From: an uncultured delta proteobacterium
GTDB lineage: Bacteria > Desulfobacterota > Desulfobacteria > Desulfobacterales > JAFDCJ01
NCBI GenBank assembly: GCA_963769935.1
Contig: CAVYNY010000010.1
Location: 608,001-672,000, forward strand
Direction of reading: 5' to 3'
Length of the DNA: 64,000 nt
Shown in pieces: positions 61,227 to 64,000 of this stretch (within the stretch, counting starts at the first letter, position 1; the number at the start of each line of letters is the position of its first letter). The translations under genes were made by a program, and so were the position numbers. The notes beneath the pieces were generated by a model. That model was not told the DNA's origin. It worked only from the letters and a program-made list of their open reading frames with translations, and made no database searches.

Positions 61227-62069
61227 CTACTCCGCAATCAATTTGTTGCGGTTTTGGACCCAGGCGTTGCGGATCATGATATAGGGATCCAGCGCCGCCT
61301 CTTTCAGGGCCTCGTATTCCCCGATCCGCAGCGATGTGTCGTTGACGGCCTCGCCGGCTCGAATGCCGACTGCCAGCCAGATGTCGTCTCTAAAAAACCA
61401 ATAGAGGGGATCCATGACTGTGTCGCCCAAGCGTCCGATGCCATCCCGCAGGCTGGAAGGTCCGAAAAACGGCAGCATGATATAGGCGCCGGAGCCGACC
61501 CCCCAGACCGCGAAGGTCTGACCCAGATCCTCCGGGCTGGGCTGCAGCCGCGGATAGTTGGCCGCCGGATTTAAAAGCCCCAGACAGCCGACCGTCGTAT
61601 TGATGAAAAACTGGCCGAATTCATCACCCGACTTGCTAATTTTGCCCTGCAGCAGGCAGTTGATAAAGCGCACCGGAAACCTGACGTTGTAAAAGGCATT
61701 GCGGATGGCCTGGCGCAGCTCCTTCGGGATAATAAAGCCGTATCCCCGGGAAACCGGCTTGAGCACCCAGAAATACAACCTGTCGTTAAAGGTATACAAG
61801 CCCCGGTTCATCTCGATCCAGGGATCCGGGATCAGTTGAGCCTCTCCTTCATCGGCATATTCATCTTCCTCGTCGTTATCATCTTTTTCATCTTCCGATG
61901 CCTGCTCCTGCGATTGGTCTCCGGCAGTGTCGGACGGTTTGGCGGATACTTTCTGTGCTGCCTGGGCTAAATAAAGGGTGGCTTCATCATTGAACGCTTC
62001 TGCAGGATCATTGCTAAAAATCAAAATAAAGAAAAATATCACTACGGCGACCGGCCATGACTTTTTCAC
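61227..62069 (-). CDS. mlaA: MlaA/VacJ family protein
   Basis: DPW..MNR...FND, FFINTT.G..G, EDLGQT and DPY..IR; GTG start after AAAGGAG. Confidence 0.88.
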   Translation of the reverse strand: MKKSWPVAVVIFFFILIFSNDPAEAFNDEATLYLAQAAQKVSAKPSDTAGDQSQEQASEDEKDDNDEEDEYADEGEAQLIPDPWIEMNRGLYTFNDRLYFWVLKPVSRGYGFIIPKELRQAIRNAFYNVRFPVRFINCLLQGKISKSGDEFGQFFINTTVGCLGLLNPAANYPRLQPSPEDLGQTFAVWGVGSGAYIMLPFFGPSSLRDGIGRLGDTVMDPLYWFFRDDIWLAVGIRAGEAVNDTSLRIGEYEALKEAALDPYIMIRNAWVQNRNKLIAE

Positions 62070-62151
62070 GGGAATGACACTCCTTTCTCCGCCTGAAACC
62101 AGTTTAAATATTGCAGCAACCAACAATTGCCGGAATGGCACTGGGTATAGA

Positions 62152-62751
62152 TCAACCTTTGCCGACTTTACTGCGCAGGATTTCCAGCAATTTTTCCGGT
62201 GAATCCTTGGCCAGTATCTCTCTGAACTGGGTGCGGTAGTTTTTCACCATGCTGACCCCTTCTATGATGACGTCGTAAACCTTCCAAGAGCCGCTTTTGT
62301 CCGTGAGCCGGTAAAAAAGCGGTATCTTCTTACCGTCCGACGTCTGCAGATAACTCTGAACCTCGGCAATTCCCTTTTTAAGCGTGTCTTCCTTGTCAAA
62401 TAGAATTTTCTGATCCGAGTACGCCAGCAGCCGGTCCGCATAGACTCCCTGCAACAGTTCCGTGAACAACTGCACAAATTCTTTTTGCTGCGCGTCGTTC
62501 ATATTTTTCCATCCCTTGCCCAGGGTTCTTTTGGACAGTTCTTCAAAATCGAATATCGTATTGATGGCATCCGTCAGTTGGGCAACCTGCTGATCTTTGG
62601 GTTTGGCTTTGAAGCCCGGATCGGTCAGCGTCGCCAGCACTTTGTCGACGCCGGTCTTCACGCTTTCCATCGGCGTTGCCGCGTATCCAGCCAGTGGAAT
62701 CACCAACACCACTGTCAGTATCAATATAACTGCGGTAAATAGTTTGTTCAT
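62152..62751 (-). CDS. mlaC: MlaC/Ttg2D phospholipid-binding protein
   Basis: FDF..LS...LG..W and WKVYDVIIEGVSMV.NYR.QF; start at MNKLF after GGAGG. Confidence 0.9.
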   Translation of the reverse strand: MNKLFTAVILILTVVLVIPLAGYAATPMESVKTGVDKVLATLTDPGFKAKPKDQQVAQLTDAINTIFDFEELSKRTLGKGWKNMNDAQQKEFVQLFTELLQGVYADRLLAYSDQKILFDKEDTLKKGIAEVQSYLQTSDGKKIPLFYRLTDKSGSWKVYDVIIEGVSMVKNYRTQFREILAKDSPEKLLEILRSKVGKG

Positions 62752-62889
62752 ACTTGCCTCCCTCCGGGATTCGTATTTATCGTATTTATTGTTTGGATCG
62801 TTGAGAACGTTATGTCCGTTTTGATCGTAAGAACGTTTAGCCTTATTTCCTCTCTGACACCTGAGACCGCGAGTCTTTTCACTGGCATA

Positions 62890-62986
62890 TGCTGTCAGCT
62901 CTCTGCGCTTTGCCCTCTGCGCTTTGCCAAGTCCAATCCGCAACCCGCATATTTCCAGCTTCGCCATTCCGCATTCAGAATTCAAT
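62890..62986. repeat. heptamer repeat tract inside the mla operon
   Basis: ctctgcg/ctttgcc and attccgc/attcaga repeats; similar tract at 57057-57147. Confidence 0.65.
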
Positions 62987-63478
62987 TCACTCTTTCTTTT
63001 CTTCCTTGCCGGTTTCCTGCTTGCCGCCGCCGCCGACATCGCCGAAGGCATACTTGCTGACCAGATCCATGATATCGGTGGGGGCGTTGGTATCGGTGAT
63101 GGAATCGCCGTCGGCCAGCAGATCCCCGCCGCCGCCCGGATCGATCGAAACGTATTTATCCCCGATCAGACCCTCGGTCTTAATCGAAGCGATGGCATCG
63201 TCATAGACCTCGATGCCCTTGTTGATTCTAAACTGCACCTTGACCACCTGCTTCTCCTGATCCATGTTAAAACTCTCTACCCGTCCGATTTCCAGCCCCA
63301 GCATGTCCACCGGGTTTCCCACCCGCAGCCCGGTCACTGTGGTAAAATCGCCATACAGCGAGTAAGTGTTGTCACCGAAAAACCCCACGTTGCCCAGTTT
63401 AACGGTCATATAGCCGATACACGCCAGCCCGATCACTACAAAAATACCCACTACGGTCTCTTTGGAATATTTTTTCAT
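62987..63478 (-). CDS. mlaD: MlaD (MCE domain) protein
   Basis: VGIFV..G TM, GL.VG.PV...G..IG.V and I.TEGLIGDKY. Confidence 0.92.
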   Translation of the reverse strand: MKKYSKETVVGIFVVIGLACIGYMTVKLGNVGFFGDNTYSLYGDFTTVTGLRVGNPVDMLGLEIGRVESFNMDQEKQVVKVQFRINKGIEVYDDAIASIKTEGLIGDKYVSIDPGGGGDLLADGDSITDTNAPTDIMDLVSKYAFGDVGGGGKQETGKEEKKE

Positions 63479-63999
63479 TCTGATTTTCCTCCGGGTGTAC
63501 ACTTGAATTTGGCAATTTCTTTCTGATTAAACCGTGCAAATTCCATCACGGACTCGATCTCAATCTGCGGTTTACCCTGCGCCAGTCCGGCAAGGACTGA
63601 GAATTCGGTACATTCTTTATCCGAACCCGCCTCCCCGCGCTGCAGCTCGATGCCGCGGATTCCATGCTCCTGAAAATCCCTGGTAAAGTCCTCCATGATG
63701 CGATTGGCTTCCTCGAGATCCGAATAGGGCAGCACGGTGGCATATTCGTTTATTGTCTGACGGGAGGAAAACCCCCCCACCGCGCCAAAATGCTTGTTGA
63801 TATAGGAGCCTAAAGACCGAATGATCTGCTGGGTCGCATCGTGCCCTAAATGCTCGCTGATGGCATCGATATTATCCAGCGTGAAGACGGCCGCCGCATA
63901 GGTGGCATCCTCCTGCCGCTGGCTCAAATCGGTTTGATAGCGAACTTTGAAATGCCGCTTGGAATACAGCCCGGTCAGCTCTTGGCCCAGGCTCTCCAG
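63475..63999 (-). CDS. C-terminal degenerate GGDEF-like domain of the gene upstream of mlaD (probably MlaF); 5' end outside window
   Basis: ELTGLYSKRHF...FTLDNID.I..HLGH......SR..INEYA.VLP; ATGA overlap with mlaD. Confidence 0.6.
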   Translation of the reverse strand: MESLGQELTGLYSKRHFKVRYQTDLSQRQEDATYAAAVFTLDNIDAISEHLGHDATQQIIRSLGSYINKHFGAVGGFSSRQTINEYATVLPYSDLEEANRIMEDFTRDFQEHGIRGIELQRGEAGSDKECTEFSVLAGLAQGKPQIEIESVMEFARFNQKEIAKFKCTPGGKSE

Positions 64000-64000
64000 G

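Noticed and set aside
62752..63051. 99-aa N-terminal extension of MlaC in the ORF track
   Set aside because: Translation of repeat tracts overlapping mlaD; the RBS and signal peptide indicate a start at 62751.

Overview
Bacterial chromosome segment, most likely Desulfobacterota/Desulfobacterales-like. This is inferred from the ffh-rpsP-rimM-trmD-SPOUT-rplS-rnhB-yraN-rsmI gene order, the codon style and the intergenic repeat families. (1) About 1-15 kb is a visibly GC-richer, decaying accessory region. It holds pgi-pgl, a K+ channel, oxidoreductases, RidA, a CPA1 antiporter and a large secreted Gly-rich protein behind a sigma-54 promoter, plus many frameshifted, truncated or fused gene remnants. 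(2) About 15-28 kb holds an RRM protein and groES-groEL, followed by an envelope-modification cluster: a divergent GNAT-like gene, an acyl carrier protein, a stand-alone adenylation enzyme, a CX5R phosphatase, two LtaS-family phosphotransferases and an ArnT-like glycosyltransferase. (3) About 28-38 kb holds rlmN, the ffh/rplS operon, an ADP-forming acyl-CoA synthetase and an Sfp-type PPTase. (4) About 38-64 kb holds a quinone oxidoreductase, an orphan ParM/StbA-like actin, recQ, YceD, YihY, a large AsmA-like protein, a PagL-like protein, an FdhF-like molybdoenzyme, an OprM-like protein, a STAS protein, glycerate kinase, two translationally coupled GAPDH paralogues (one lacking its phosphate-binding residues) and the 3' end of an mla operon. 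I recognised no rRNA, tRNA, CRISPR array or transposase. The best candidates for undescribed biology are the Dlt/Alm-like aminoacylation cluster and the coupled canonical plus degenerate GAPDH pair next to glycerate kinase.
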